A stretch of DNA of 64,000 nucleotides from Gnetum montanum. Its lineage: Eukaryota; Plantae; Gnetophyta. The stretch spans positions 305,926-369,925 of the forward strand of contig MNCI01002294.1 in the NCBI GenBank assembly GCA_015680685.1, given 5' to 3'. The notes beneath the pieces are model-generated. The model saw nothing but the letters and a program-made list of their open reading frames with translations, was not told the DNA's origin and ran no database searches. This document shows, piece by piece, positions 11,761-23,146 of this stretch. Position 1 is the first letter of the stretch, and each line of letters opens with the position of its first letter. Made by a program: the position numbers and the translations under genes.

Positions 11761-12940
11761 TAAACCGTCTAGATGTATGTTCATGTAAAATATAGTATTT
11801 TATATGTTTTGTAATAATGAGTTGTTACTCTATTGGTGGCTAATGTTGAGTTATATAATTTTATGGTCATAACAATGAGGATGAGCTTTCTTCATCACAT
11901 TTTTTAATGGGAGTTATTCCTTTGGTTGAGAGTTTTGCTAAGAGACCAATTGCTTTGTTCCGTGGACTTTATCCCTATAAATAAGTAATTTCTTATAAAG
12001 CTGGGTGAAGAGATGGACTTTTTCATGAGAAAAGTAAATTGGTTTTGATTTTTATTTTTTATGTGAAAATCAATTCTTAGTGAATCAATTTGAGACTTTA
12101 TTAATTTGAAAAACATAAAAAATTCTTTGGGGCCAAATAAGAGATATATATTATAGATATATAGCTAAATTAGTATATGCTTTATTGAAAAAATAAATCA
12201 TATATTACAATTTCAGATACTATATACACCCATATACCCATCAATCATCAAAATCTTGGCCTTCTTGCAAGTTGTTGGTCATGTCATACAAATTCAATTA
12301 GGTAGTTTTAATAGTAGTTGTCTAAACCCCCTTCCATGTCCTTGGACTTTAGTCAAAGAGTATCTTGCCCTAGCTCCATATTCCCTATCATTGAGTTCTA
12401 GCATAGAAAAGTCGAAGAATAAAAATGTCTTTTAATTGGGAGGATATAAGTTCAATTCCTACTCACTTATGGATATAGCAACAATGAAGTAGCCTTGTGG
12501 TAGGATACTCTTATTTAGTGTGTTATATCTATGTTGAGAGTATGACTTGTTGGTGATTCAAAGGTTGCTTCCCTTTCAAAATGATGGTTGGAATATGGTG
12601 ATCCACGTGGTTTCTTTGCTATCTTATAGAACTACAATGATGTGTTGCCCTAGTGGTAAGACTCTTGCTTTGAAAGTTCTTAAGTCATGTGTTTGATTTT
12701 GGTGGGCAATGCTAAGTTATAAAGTTATAATTGGACTATATATCTTAGGGTGTGCCTATATTACAATTATTTTGGGGTTTGAACATCCTATTTACATTGC
12801 CCTAATTTATTGTGAATTATGTCACAAGGATATGTAAGCTTGTTGGGAAGGCTTCAGCCTTTTTGGCTCGAACATCACCACTTCTTTATAAAGAGGGGTC
12901 TTAGAGCTAGATGCATTATAGTAGAAACGCATCTTAGCTC

Positions 12941-13074
12941 TCTTAAGGAATGGTTGTTGATATCAATATTCCCATTCTAACATAGAGCTATTAATTGATA
13001 AATTTAATCTTAAGGAATGGTTGTTGATATCAATATTCCCATTCTAACATAGAGCTATTAATTGATAAATTTAA
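12941..13074. repeat. Perfect 2 x 67-bp tandem duplication
   Basis: TCTTAAGGAATGG...GATAAATTTAA starts at 12941 and again at 13008. Confidence 0.95.
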
Positions 13075-13204
13075 CCACCATGGTAGGGTGTCACCATTTC
13101 AGATCATCCCCTCTTTTAAATCAAAGTACATAAAACATAAAGATGCATTTGAGAAACATTATTCAACCTTTATCAATGGTTACATGAAGACTATTATCCC
13201 ACTA

Positions 13205-13464
13205 ACCTTCTGCAGCCTACATATTGCACCAAGTCACATACGTTTGGTTCTGACAAACATTGGACCACAGCAAAACTCATAATCCCCATTAATTTTGCAA
13301 ATAAATCAATAAAATAAACCTTCGTCAGTAGGAACTGATTTGGCAAATTTTTGGCCTCGTCCAAGAAGATCAACGATGCAAGCATACTACTCTGCCCGCG
13401 GTATCAGGCAATGAATTTCAGTAATGTACTTGAAAAGCTTAAGACCTTCTTGCAATAGATCAGA
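13205..13464 (-). pseudogene. PLS-class pentatricopeptide repeat (PPR) gene fragment
   Basis: Minus frame not in the ORF track: SDLLQEGLKLFKYITEIHCLIPRAE*YACIVDLLGRG (13464-13354), then frameshifted DYEF...EPNV..TW...GCR, matching the HYACMVDLLGRAG...MPxEPxxxxWGALLxACR region. Confidence 0.75.
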
Positions 13465-13551
13465 CTTGATGCCACAAGGATGAACCTGCATTCCCTGTGA
13501 AAGCAAATAGAATAGCTTGCCTAGTCTGCGAGTTCAGATTTGGCGTCTGCA

Positions 13552-14020
13552 ATGGCCGGCTGCGACTAGAAAAACAGTGACAAATTGTTCACCCACGCCG
13601 GCGAATCCGCGGGGGAGAACGTGCTCGTCGAAAGAGGTCAGAAGAGCGTTTTGGTGAAAAGAAGAGGTGATTTCAATGCCGCTTGCAAATGGACAATCAG
13701 CCAGTTTAGCAAAGTCAAGGCCAAAACGCTGTGGAGCAAGTATTTCGAGGTCAGAGGATACGATTGCAGGATTCCGGTTTACCCTGGAAGCGATTCTCAG
13801 CCTTTGCCAGGCTATTTGTCCATTTATTTGCAGGTTATGGAGCCTCGAGATTCTTCCAGCTCCAAATGGGACTGCTTTGCCAGTTACAGATTGTTCATTG
13901 TCAACCAGAGGGACCAGGGGAAGTCCGTTTTCAGTGATTCTTAGCATAGACTCTCGGCCAAGAAGTGTCATGGCTGATGCGATTTTTCGCCCAGTTCTGC
14001 CATTGTGGACCCGAGCGAGG
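13552..14020 (+). pseudogene. MATH/TRAF-domain gene fragment (At2g25320-type, first MATH domain only)
   Basis: RRGDFNAACKWTISQFSKVKAKTLWSKYFEVRGYDCRIPVYP..SQPLPGYLSIYLQVMEPR..SSKWDCFASYRL..DS*HR..HG*CDF. Stops replace the conserved W in DSWHR and HGWCDF, and there is an additional stop at codon 6. Confidence 0.88.
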
Positions 14021-14164
14021 GTTCCTGGTCGGGGATAGTGTGGGGCTCAGAGCGGAAACTGCTTGTTTTGCAGGTAAAGAGCGTTGGGGTTGGTGAAACG
14101 GTGCTGATGCCGTTCATGTCGGCAGCAAGTTCGAGTAATAATTCATCTCTACTGCACAGATGCA

Positions 14165-14365
14165 ACGTTTCACGTCATTTCAAGTTTCAAGTTTTCGCGT
14201 CGCTCCAAGTTTTGACGCTTCACGTCATTTCAAGCTTCCATTTTTCACGTTACTCTAAGTTTTGATGTGTCAGGTCATTTCAAGTTTTGACGTTTCACGT
14301 GAATTGAATAGAGTTTTGGCGTCGAGTTACAACGGTTAGAAAACCTTTGACGTTTCGCGTCAATC
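14165..14365. repeat. Degenerate array of TGACG-N5-CGTCA / TTCAAGTTTT units (second copy ~17706-17925)
   Basis: For example TTGACGCTTCACGTCA, TTGACGTTTCACGTGA and TTGACGTTTCGCGTCAA; the second copy has one extra CAAGTTTTCGCGTCGCTT unit. Confidence 0.8.
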
Positions 14366-14749
14366 ACTCGGACATTCTGTTTTTGTTGCCTTCTCGAAAA
14401 ATTAGGAACTCCTTTTCCCACCCTGTGGTTTTAGCGTACGCACTGCATTCGCCAAGGTTTTCAGTATTAGTTACACAGTAACGCTCTAGTTAACATCAGC
14501 AGATGATTAAAAAGAACAAGTGCTATTATCGGCATGGATTGTTGCCATTATCTCATCCTTGTGTTATCCCAATGCAGCTTCGGAACTTTGCACGCAGCTT
14601 TTGCGATGTTTTCTGAATGAAGTGTCAAGCCTGCCGTGTGCTGCATGTTGTAGCTCCTCGACAAGCTCAATTAACGGATCTAACAATAGAAATCCAAAGC
14701 TCAAGATGATTAAATAAGAACAAAATTAAAATGAAGCTACTTAGCTCAA

Positions 14750-15504
14750 GATGAGTTGCATTTCTTGGCTACGTCGACAAGGCTTCGTTGATGTAGCCTC
14801 ATTGTACTTGAGCACAACAGTGTGTGCGACAATAAAGACAAACTTTCTTTCTGATAAACCTTGCNTGTACTTGAGCACAACAGTGTGTGCGACAATAAAG
14901 ACAAACTTTCTTTCTGATAAACCTTGCAGCATTCTAGATAGATTAAATATTTCATTTATGCATTTAATGTTTTCAATTATTTATTAAATGTTTTCTAGTA
15001 ATTAAGCTAATGAAATAATTAAGCAAGATAAGCTAGATAGATTAAACACATAAATACAACTGCTTCGAGTGTAACACGTATTCGCTTAGTAATCCCAGTA
15101 GTGTTATTGCTTGATACACCTAGTAGTGTAGTGCTTGGTAACCCAACAATGGATATGTGGGTTCAGGACATGTGCGGAAAGTGGGATTGGATGCTTATGT
15201 TAGGATTGCTTAGATATTAGTTAAGGAGTTAAATTAAATTAGTTAATCTAATTACTTTTATCTCCCTTTAAATACCAAAACCATGAAATACAAAATGATA
15301 AAAATCAGATGCCTCAATTACACTTAACCATACCAATGTACATTACAAGTGTAATTGGGAAGACAACGAACGAGCTCAAGGCAAGATTCACTACCTAGAA
15401 GACTAGTGCACCAGAAACTATAAAGTCCATGGAATTTGACCAGACTATGCATGAACACTTTGTGATTTGTATGGTTGGGTGCAGGGGTACCTTGCCGCTC
15501 ATCA
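14750..15504 (+). mobile_element. Solo LTR of an Athila-like sister family B (internally deleted copy)
   Basis: Ends ...GGGGTACCTTGCCGCTCATCA like the family A LTRs; no PBS follows. The right flank TTAAA matches the left flank CTAAA of the paralogous copy with one mismatch. Confidence 0.8.
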
Positions 15505-18500
15505 TTAAACTATTTTGAACTTTAGTCAACTTTGACATAAGCATCTTCTAACAAAATCTATCTTTATTTGATATTATGTTATTTCCCCACCACCCCACCT
15601 CCCCACCAACAACACACCCTCCTCCCCACCCCCCTTCGCTTTTTCCCAAATTACCGGTATGTTTAGATTTGGCATTCATTGATTTTCAACTAATTTACGT
15701 TAATCTATTGTTCAATTCAGAACTTGCTTAGCACACTTACTTTAATTAGTATTATAAGTTATCACAATTATCATAATAATTTAGAGATCATTTTACATAA
15801 AACTGATTTCAAAGAGTGGTTAAATTTTTAAATACCACATTGTCCTCACCAGTTGAGACTATTTCTAGGTTTCCATACTTAAATGAGAGACACCTTAGAT
15901 GATAGTCTTTTAAAACAAATTTTTCAAGGGCATTGCATGATGACCAAAATCTATGCATCAGCACACTTTTCTTGCCCTAGATGGAGTGTTTATGCTTTTT
16001 AGGTTTTTGTTTTCTAGGGTAATTTGGTGATCCTTACCTTAATTCTAACTTCGGTAAAGTGGTTTGTCCTAATAACATCATTCTATTCTAAGTTTATTTT
16101 TTGAAATTTAGCATTTAATGTTATGTCTTTTAAATCTATTGTAATTCCAGTCTTTAAAATATAAGTTACTTTCCTATTTACTTTTATTTTACATTTTATC
16201 AACATTTACATTTCTTGGTCTATTCATTTTATGAGCAAAGAGAGTTTTCGTAGAACATTTCATATAAGATCTCTTACCCCTAATCTTAACCAACCCATTA
16301 CCCATCATTTCACTCTAAGAAGACAACGGGTTTCACATTTTCCAAAATATATCCCAAGAAGGATTCAAACTAAGATGACAACCAATCCATCCTCAGCTTC
16401 CCTAGTTAGTAATCCCTTCAATTTCATGAACTATCATAATATTCTTAAATCCCTTTAATTTATTCTTTGACCCTACATCTTCTATCAATGATGCACAACA
16501 AAATGTAGAATGTTTTGAAATCTTATTAGGCATATACAACATCATTGAAAATGACATAGCATATAGAATCTTTGTGACTACTATTAGAAGTAAAGTTACA
16601 CAATGGCTTTTAATGATTCTATTAATTTATGGCTAGACTTTAAAAATAAGTTTCTACTTTAATTTGATAAGTTCACTAGTCTTGCCTTAGGCTCAAGCAA
16701 CTTTACGAGTTTAAAAAAAAAATACCTGGGAAAAACATTTTTGACTATAATTTAAGTTTCTTCATCAACCATCTTATGTGCTAAATAAGATGTGTCCTAA
16801 ACATGATGGTATTCCTAACTTTTACCTCTTCACCATTGATCTATTCTTTGCATATGGCATCAAATCTAATCACAACATAACAAAATTGCAAGGAGCAATG
16901 GCTAAAGCTACCAAACTAGAACAGATGACCTTAATGAATAGTCTCCAAACTCAATTTGGAATGACTAGTATTAGCAATCCTATGCAATCTAATCCCTTCC
17001 TGTCACAAATCTTCCCATTGAATAATATTATGTTTCAAACCCCTACTCTTTTGCAAACATCTCAATCAACAAATAATTATGTTCAAAGTTTCATCCTTTT
17101 ATTTTTACCATCAAATACCAATTTGAATGATGATCAATTAAAATCTTTAATCCAATCCATCATAAATCCAAATGAGTTATCTAATCCTAATGGATCCACA
17201 AATCAAACAAAGAATTAGCAAAACCAAATCAACAAAATATTAACTTCACTTCAAAAACTTTCAAATGAAATAATTGAACTAAAGCAAAATGCTAAGAAGA
17301 TTTCTATACAATGTAAGAAACCAAGCATATTAATCAATGATGATTATTGTTGCCTTCATAATATTAGGAAATATTCTAAGAAAATTTGTCTTCAATTTTT
17401 AGCATTATATGGTGATAATTCTCAAAATCAAAATAATGGTGATGAGTAATGAATTTGCTGGCTGTGATATCACTACCGTNAATAAGAGGCACCTCTCCCT
17501 TGTTTCGTATTTAGTTTTAACTTTAGATTGTAGCTAGACTCTGGTAGTTTTCTCTCTCTAGAGTTAGAATATTTTCCAGTGTTTGCCTAGAGTTAAAATA
17601 TTTGGTGAATGTAATTGTATGGCATCCTTAGGGTTGGTGAAACGGTGCTGATGCCGTTCATGTCGGCAGCAAGTTCGAGTAATAATTCATCGCCACTGCA
17701 CAGATGCAACGTTTCACGTCATTTCAAGTTTCAAGTTTTCGCGTCGCTTCAAGTTTTCGCGTCGCTTCAAGTTTTGACGCCTCACGTCATTTCAAGCTTC
17801 CATTTTTCACGTTACTCTAAGTTTTGATGTGTCAGGTCATTTCAAGTTTTGACGTTTCACGTGAATTGCATAGAGTTTTGGCGTCGAGTTACAACGGTTA
17901 GAAAACCTTTGACGTTTCGCGTCAATCACTCGGACATTCTGTTTTTGTTGCCCTTCTCGAAAAATTAGAACTCCTTTTCCCACCCTGTGGGTTTAGCGTA
18001 TGCACTGCATTCACCAAAGTTTTCAGTATTAGTTACACAGTAACGCTCTAGTTAACATCAGCAGATGATTAAAAAGAACAAGTGCTGTTATCGGCATGGA
18101 TTGTTGCCATTATCTCATCCTTGTGTTATCCCAATGCAGCTTCGGAACTTTGCACGCAGGTTTTGTGATGTGTTCTGAATGAAGTGTCCAAGCCTGCCGT
18201 GTGCTGCATGTTGTAGCTCCTCTTGGAGCAAAACGTGATCTTAGCACTGGCATCCATCGTGCCGACATGTTCATGCGACTGCAATGACAGTACGCACTCG
18301 CAGATTTTGGCTCCTGTGTTCATTGTTTCTAGATCACAGAATGCATCGCGCTTTATTCCTGCTGAACATTATACTTTGCTGCGAGGCAAGGCAGGAGCAT
18401 CGCTTCATCCTCCCAAGGCTCTGTGCTTATGCATTGAAGCCCTGCTATATTTCGAATTGCTCTGTCATTTCCGTTTTCCTATGGATAGTTCAAAAGTTGA

Positions 18501-18672
18501 TGAAGCTTTAATTTCGCTAAAGTTTTGGTTGCCGAATGAGATAATTAATGAAATTGTTGTTTCTCCTTTATAAAAAATGTTGGTGTTTTCATTTAGGCAC
18601 AGGATATAACAGGATGGAGGATGCAAAAAGACCAGCAAATGTGAACAGTTTGGTAGAGCCAGACTGCCAAAG

Positions 18673-18796
18673 GGAGAGGAAAAATGTTGCCGAGGGAGCA
18701 GCACAAAAAGGAGTAGAGGAGGGTGACAAGGAGGAGAGGAAAAATGTTGCCGAGGGAGCAGCACAAAAAGGAGTAGAGGAGGGTGACAAGGAGGAG
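18673..18796. repeat. 2 x 60-bp purine-rich tandem repeat
   Basis: GGAGAGGAAAAATGTTGCCGAGGG...GACAAGGA starts at 18673 and 18733; possibly within an LTR starting TGTTGGTG at 18578. Confidence 0.9.
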
Positions 18797-19213
18797 GTTG
18801 GGAGTTCTTCATCTATCTAGTTTTCTCTATTTAAAGAGAGAGGGATGTATGCAACCCAAAGCAGTTATGGCATTTCTGTGAAGCCAAAATCCCATCTTCC
18901 AATGTTTCATTCTTTTCTAATGATTTTTTGACTATTTTAGGCCGCTTCAAGTTGAGGAAGAGGACCTAAAATACAAGTTGTATTTGAATAAAGAATTTTT
19001 CTATAGATTACTAGGGGTCCAACAATCCTAATGTAAGAATCTATTGGAAGAAGTTTATCAATTGGAGGTTCAAGATAGAAAACTACTCCAACAGGCTAAA
19101 GATCTAACAATAGAAATCCAAAGCTCAATCTTAAGCTAAGTGGCTTCATTTTAATTTTGTTCTTATTTAATCTTCATTTGTCTAGGAAGTTTAGTTTCAC
19201 TTAATTTACTAAA

Positions 19214-19786
19214 TGATGAGTTGCATTTCTTGGCTACGTCGACAAAGCTTCGTTGATGTAGCCTCGTCGACGAGGCCCCATCGACGCAATGTCCACTTTT
19301 TAGCTATAAATACACACCTACTAGCCACATTTATGGTAATGAGATTTCAGTAGTAGCGAAGCTCTTGTAGTTTGTTCATTTGAGAGTTAGAATATTTCTC
19401 CTGAGTGCCTGCAACAAGAGTCATTGAGTGTATGGATCTTTATTTGAGCATTGTTGTACTTGAGCACAACAGTGTGTGCGACAATAAAGACAAACTTTCT
19501 TTCTGATAAACCTTGCAGCATTCTAGATAGATTAAATATTTCATTTATGCATTTAATGTTTTCAATTATTTATTAAATGTTTTCTAGTAATTAAGCTAAT
19601 GAAATAATTAAGCAAGATAAGCTAGATAGATTAAACACATAAATATAACTGCTTCGAATGTAACACGTATTCGCTTAGTAATCCCAATAGTGTTATTGCT
19701 TGATACACCTAGTAGTGTAGCGCTTGGTAACCCAACAATGGATATGTGGGTTTAGGACATGTGTGAAAAGTGGGATTGGATGCTTA
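19214..19786 (+). mobile_element. Solo LTR, family B (5' part; runs into the N gap)
   Basis: Starts TGATGAGT, has a GTCGAC-type motif cluster and CTATAAATA; paralogous to 14750-15197. Confidence 0.8.
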
Positions 19787-22700
19787 NNNNNNNNNNNNNN
19801 NNNNNNNNNNNNNNNNNNNNNNNNNNNNNNNNNNNNNNNNNNNNNNNNNNNNNNNNNNNNNNNNNNNNNNNNNNNNNNNNNNNNNNNNNNNNNNNNNNNN
19901 NNNNNNNNNNNNNNNNNNNNNNNNNNNNNNNNNNNNNNNNNNNNNNNNNNNNNNNNNNNNNNNNNNNNNNNNNNNNNNNNNNNNNNNNNNNNNNNNNNNN
20001 NNNNNNNNNNNNNNNNNNNNNNNNNNNNNNNNNNNNNNNNNNNNNNNNNNNNNNNNNNNNNNNNNNNNNNNNNNNNNNNNNNNNNNNNNNNNNNNNNNNN
20101 NNNNNNNNNNNNNNNNNNNNNNNNNNNNNNNNNNNNNNNNNNNNNNNNNNNNNNNNNNNNNNNNNNNNNNNNNNNNNNNNNNNNNNNNNNNNNNNNNNNN
20201 NNNNNNNNNNNNNNNNNNNNNNNNNNNNNNNNNNNNNNNNNNNNNNNNNNNNNNNNNNNNNNNNNNNNNNNNNCCCTTTCCCAAATTACCGGTATTGCTT
20301 TGTTTCTATTTAGATTTGGCATTCATTGATTTTCAACTAATTTACATTAATCTATTGTTCAATTTAGAACTTTCTTAGCATGGTTACTTTAATTGGTATT
20401 ATGAGTTATCACAATTATCATAATAATTTAAGAGATCATTTTACATAAAATTGATTTCAAAGAGTGGTTAAATTTTTAAATACCACATTGTCGTCACTAG
20501 TCGAGACTATTTCTAGGTTTCCATACTTAAATGAGAGACACCTTAGATGATAGTCTTTTAAAACAAATTTTTCAAGGGCATTGCATGATGACCAAAATCT
20601 ATGCATCAGCACACTTTTCTTGCCCTAGATGGAGTGTTTATGCTTTTTAGGTTTTTGTTTTCTAGGGTAATTTGGTGATCCTTACCTTAATTCTAACTTC
20701 GGTAAGGTGGTTTGTCCTAATAACATCATTCTATTCTAAGTTTATTTTTTGAAATTTAGCATTTAATGTTATGTCTTTTAAATCTATTGTAATTCCAGTC
20801 TTTAAAATATAAGTTACTTTCCTATTTACTTTTATTTTACATTTTATCAACATTTACATTTCTTGGTCTATTCATTTTATGAGCAAAGAGAGTTTTCGTA
20901 GAACATTTCATATAAGATCTCTTACCCCTAATCTTAACCAACCCATTACCCATCATTTCACTCTAAGAAGACAACGGGTTTCACATTTTCCAAAATATAT
21001 CCCAAGAAGGATTCAAACTAAGATGACAACCAATCCATCCTCAGCTTCCCTAGTTAGTAATCCCTTCAATTTCATGAACTATCATAATATTCTTAAATCC
21101 CTTTAATTTATTCTTTGACCCTACATCTTCTATCAATGATGCACAACAAAATGTAGAATGTTTTGAAATCTTATTAGGCATATACAACATCATTGAAAAT
21201 GACATAGCATATAGAATCTTTGTGACTACTATTAGAAGTAAAGTTACACAATGGCTTTTAATGCTTCTATTAATTTATGGCTAGACTTTAAAAATAAGTT
21301 TCTACTTTAATTTGATAAGTTCACTAGTCTTGCCTTAGGCTCAAGCAACTTTACGAGTCTAAAAAAAAAATACCTGGGAAAAACATTTTTGACTATAATT
21401 TAAGTTTCTTCATCAACCATCTTATGTGTTAAATGAGATGTGTCCTAAACATGATGGTATTCCTAACTTTTACCTCTTCACCATTGATCTATTCTTTGCA
21501 TATGGCATCAAATCTAATCACAACATAACAAAATTGCAAGGAGCAATGGCTAAAGCTACCAAACTAGAACAGATGACCTTAATGAATAGTCTCCAAACTC
21601 AATTTGGAATGACTAGTATTAGCAATCCTATGCAATCTAATCCCTTCCTGTCACAAATCTTCCCATTGAATAATATTATGTTTCAAACCCCTACTCTTTT
21701 GCAAACATCTCAATCAACAAATAATTATGTTCAAAGTTTCATCCCTTTATTTTTACCATCAAATACCAATTTGAATGATGATCAATTAAAATCTTTAATC
21801 CAATCCATCATAAATCCAAATGAGTTATCTAATCCTAATGGATCCACAAATCAAACAAAGAATTAGCAAAACCAAATCAACAAAATATTAACTTCACTTC
21901 AAAAACTTTCAAATGAAATAATTGAACTAAAGCAAAATGCTAAGAAGATTTCTATACAATGTAAGAAACCAAGCATATTAATCAATGATGATTATTGTTG
22001 CCTTCATAATATTAGGAAATATTCTAAGAAAATTTGTCTTCAATTTTTAGCATTATATGGTGATAATTCTCAAAATCAAAATAATGGTGATGAGTAATGA
22101 ATTTGCTGGCTGTGATATCACTACCGTGATATCACAGCCGTGATATTGTAGTGGCTGTGATATCACAACCATGATATCACAGCTATGATATCCCATGGGC
22201 CGCGATATCGTGTACGCGATATTGCATGCTCACCACGATATCACATACGCAATATCACAGCCCGCCACTAGTTCTATAACTAAGAGGCGGCTCTTCCTTG
22301 TTTCGCATCCAGTTTTAGCTTTAGATTGTAGCTAGACTCTGGCAGTTTTCTCCCTCCAGAGTTAGAATATTTTCCAATGTCTACCCACAATGTGGTAAAT
22401 GTAATTGTACGACATCCTTTATTCAAGTGTGACGTACTTGGACACGCACATGACCAGCAATAAAGATCAAGATTACTTCATCATTGCAGCATTCACTTTG
22501 TTTAATTATTTACTTAATTATTATTTACTAGTTTCCTAATTAGTCTCTGTCACCCTTAAACTCATGTTAAAACACGGAATGAGTATGACTTGATTACGAG
22601 CATTTAAGTGTGATTACTTGGTAACTCAGTAGTGTACCTAGGATCTGCGCTTGGTAATCCCAGTGGTAGTTGTGCATGAAGTCCAAGATGTGTACGGATA

Positions 22701-23146
22701 ATCAAGAAACAGATGCTCATTGCACGTAGACTAGATTAGATTCTTTTACCCTTTCTCTCTTAGCTTAGATAATATTACTTTCCATTGCCCTCAGGAGTAG
22801 CATTAGAGTAGAAACCCATCATACAACTCACTCTAGACTAAACCATATGTGACAAATATAATACTAGTCCAGGTGGGAAGACAACGAACTACAACCTAAG
22901 GCTAACTGTCTAGGTGCCACAACTAGTCCGTCTATGGAGTTTGACCGGATCACGCGTGAAAACACTTATATTCATATGGTTGAGTGTAGGGGTACCTTGT
23001 CACTCATCATTAGCATCATTGCCAGGATGCTAGTTATCTAGATTAGTTATATCATATAAGGTCGCTATAAAGGACTTAACGATATATCTTTCAAAAAGAA
23101 ATAATTATTAAAAGTCACACATAAATTCACACACAACTTCACAACC

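Larger units (their letters stand above)
14087..22420 (+). repeat. Tandem segmental duplication (unit 1 14087-17630, unit 2 17631-~22420)
   Basis: 14087-14659 ~ 17631-18222, and ~15640-17479 ~ 20274-22127, are nearly identical (ORF 16231 equals ORF 20879; ORF 16778 differs from ORF 21426 by 2 aa). The junction at 17630/17631 lies in called sequence. Confidence 0.85.

Noticed and set aside
13534-14038. 145-aa antisense ORF and 123-aa alternative-frame ORF over the MATH fragment
   Set aside because: No recognisable motifs; these are shadow frames of GC-rich coding-derived DNA.
14803-14927. 62-bp exact tandem repeat
   Set aside because: The copies are separated by a single N at 14865 and the paralogue (~19455-19516) has one copy, so this is probably a contig-overlap artefact.
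16778-17218. Duplicated 146-aa ORF (also 21426-21866) as a host gene pair
   Set aside because: It lies within the decayed Tat gag region, and its identity is explained by the segmental duplication.
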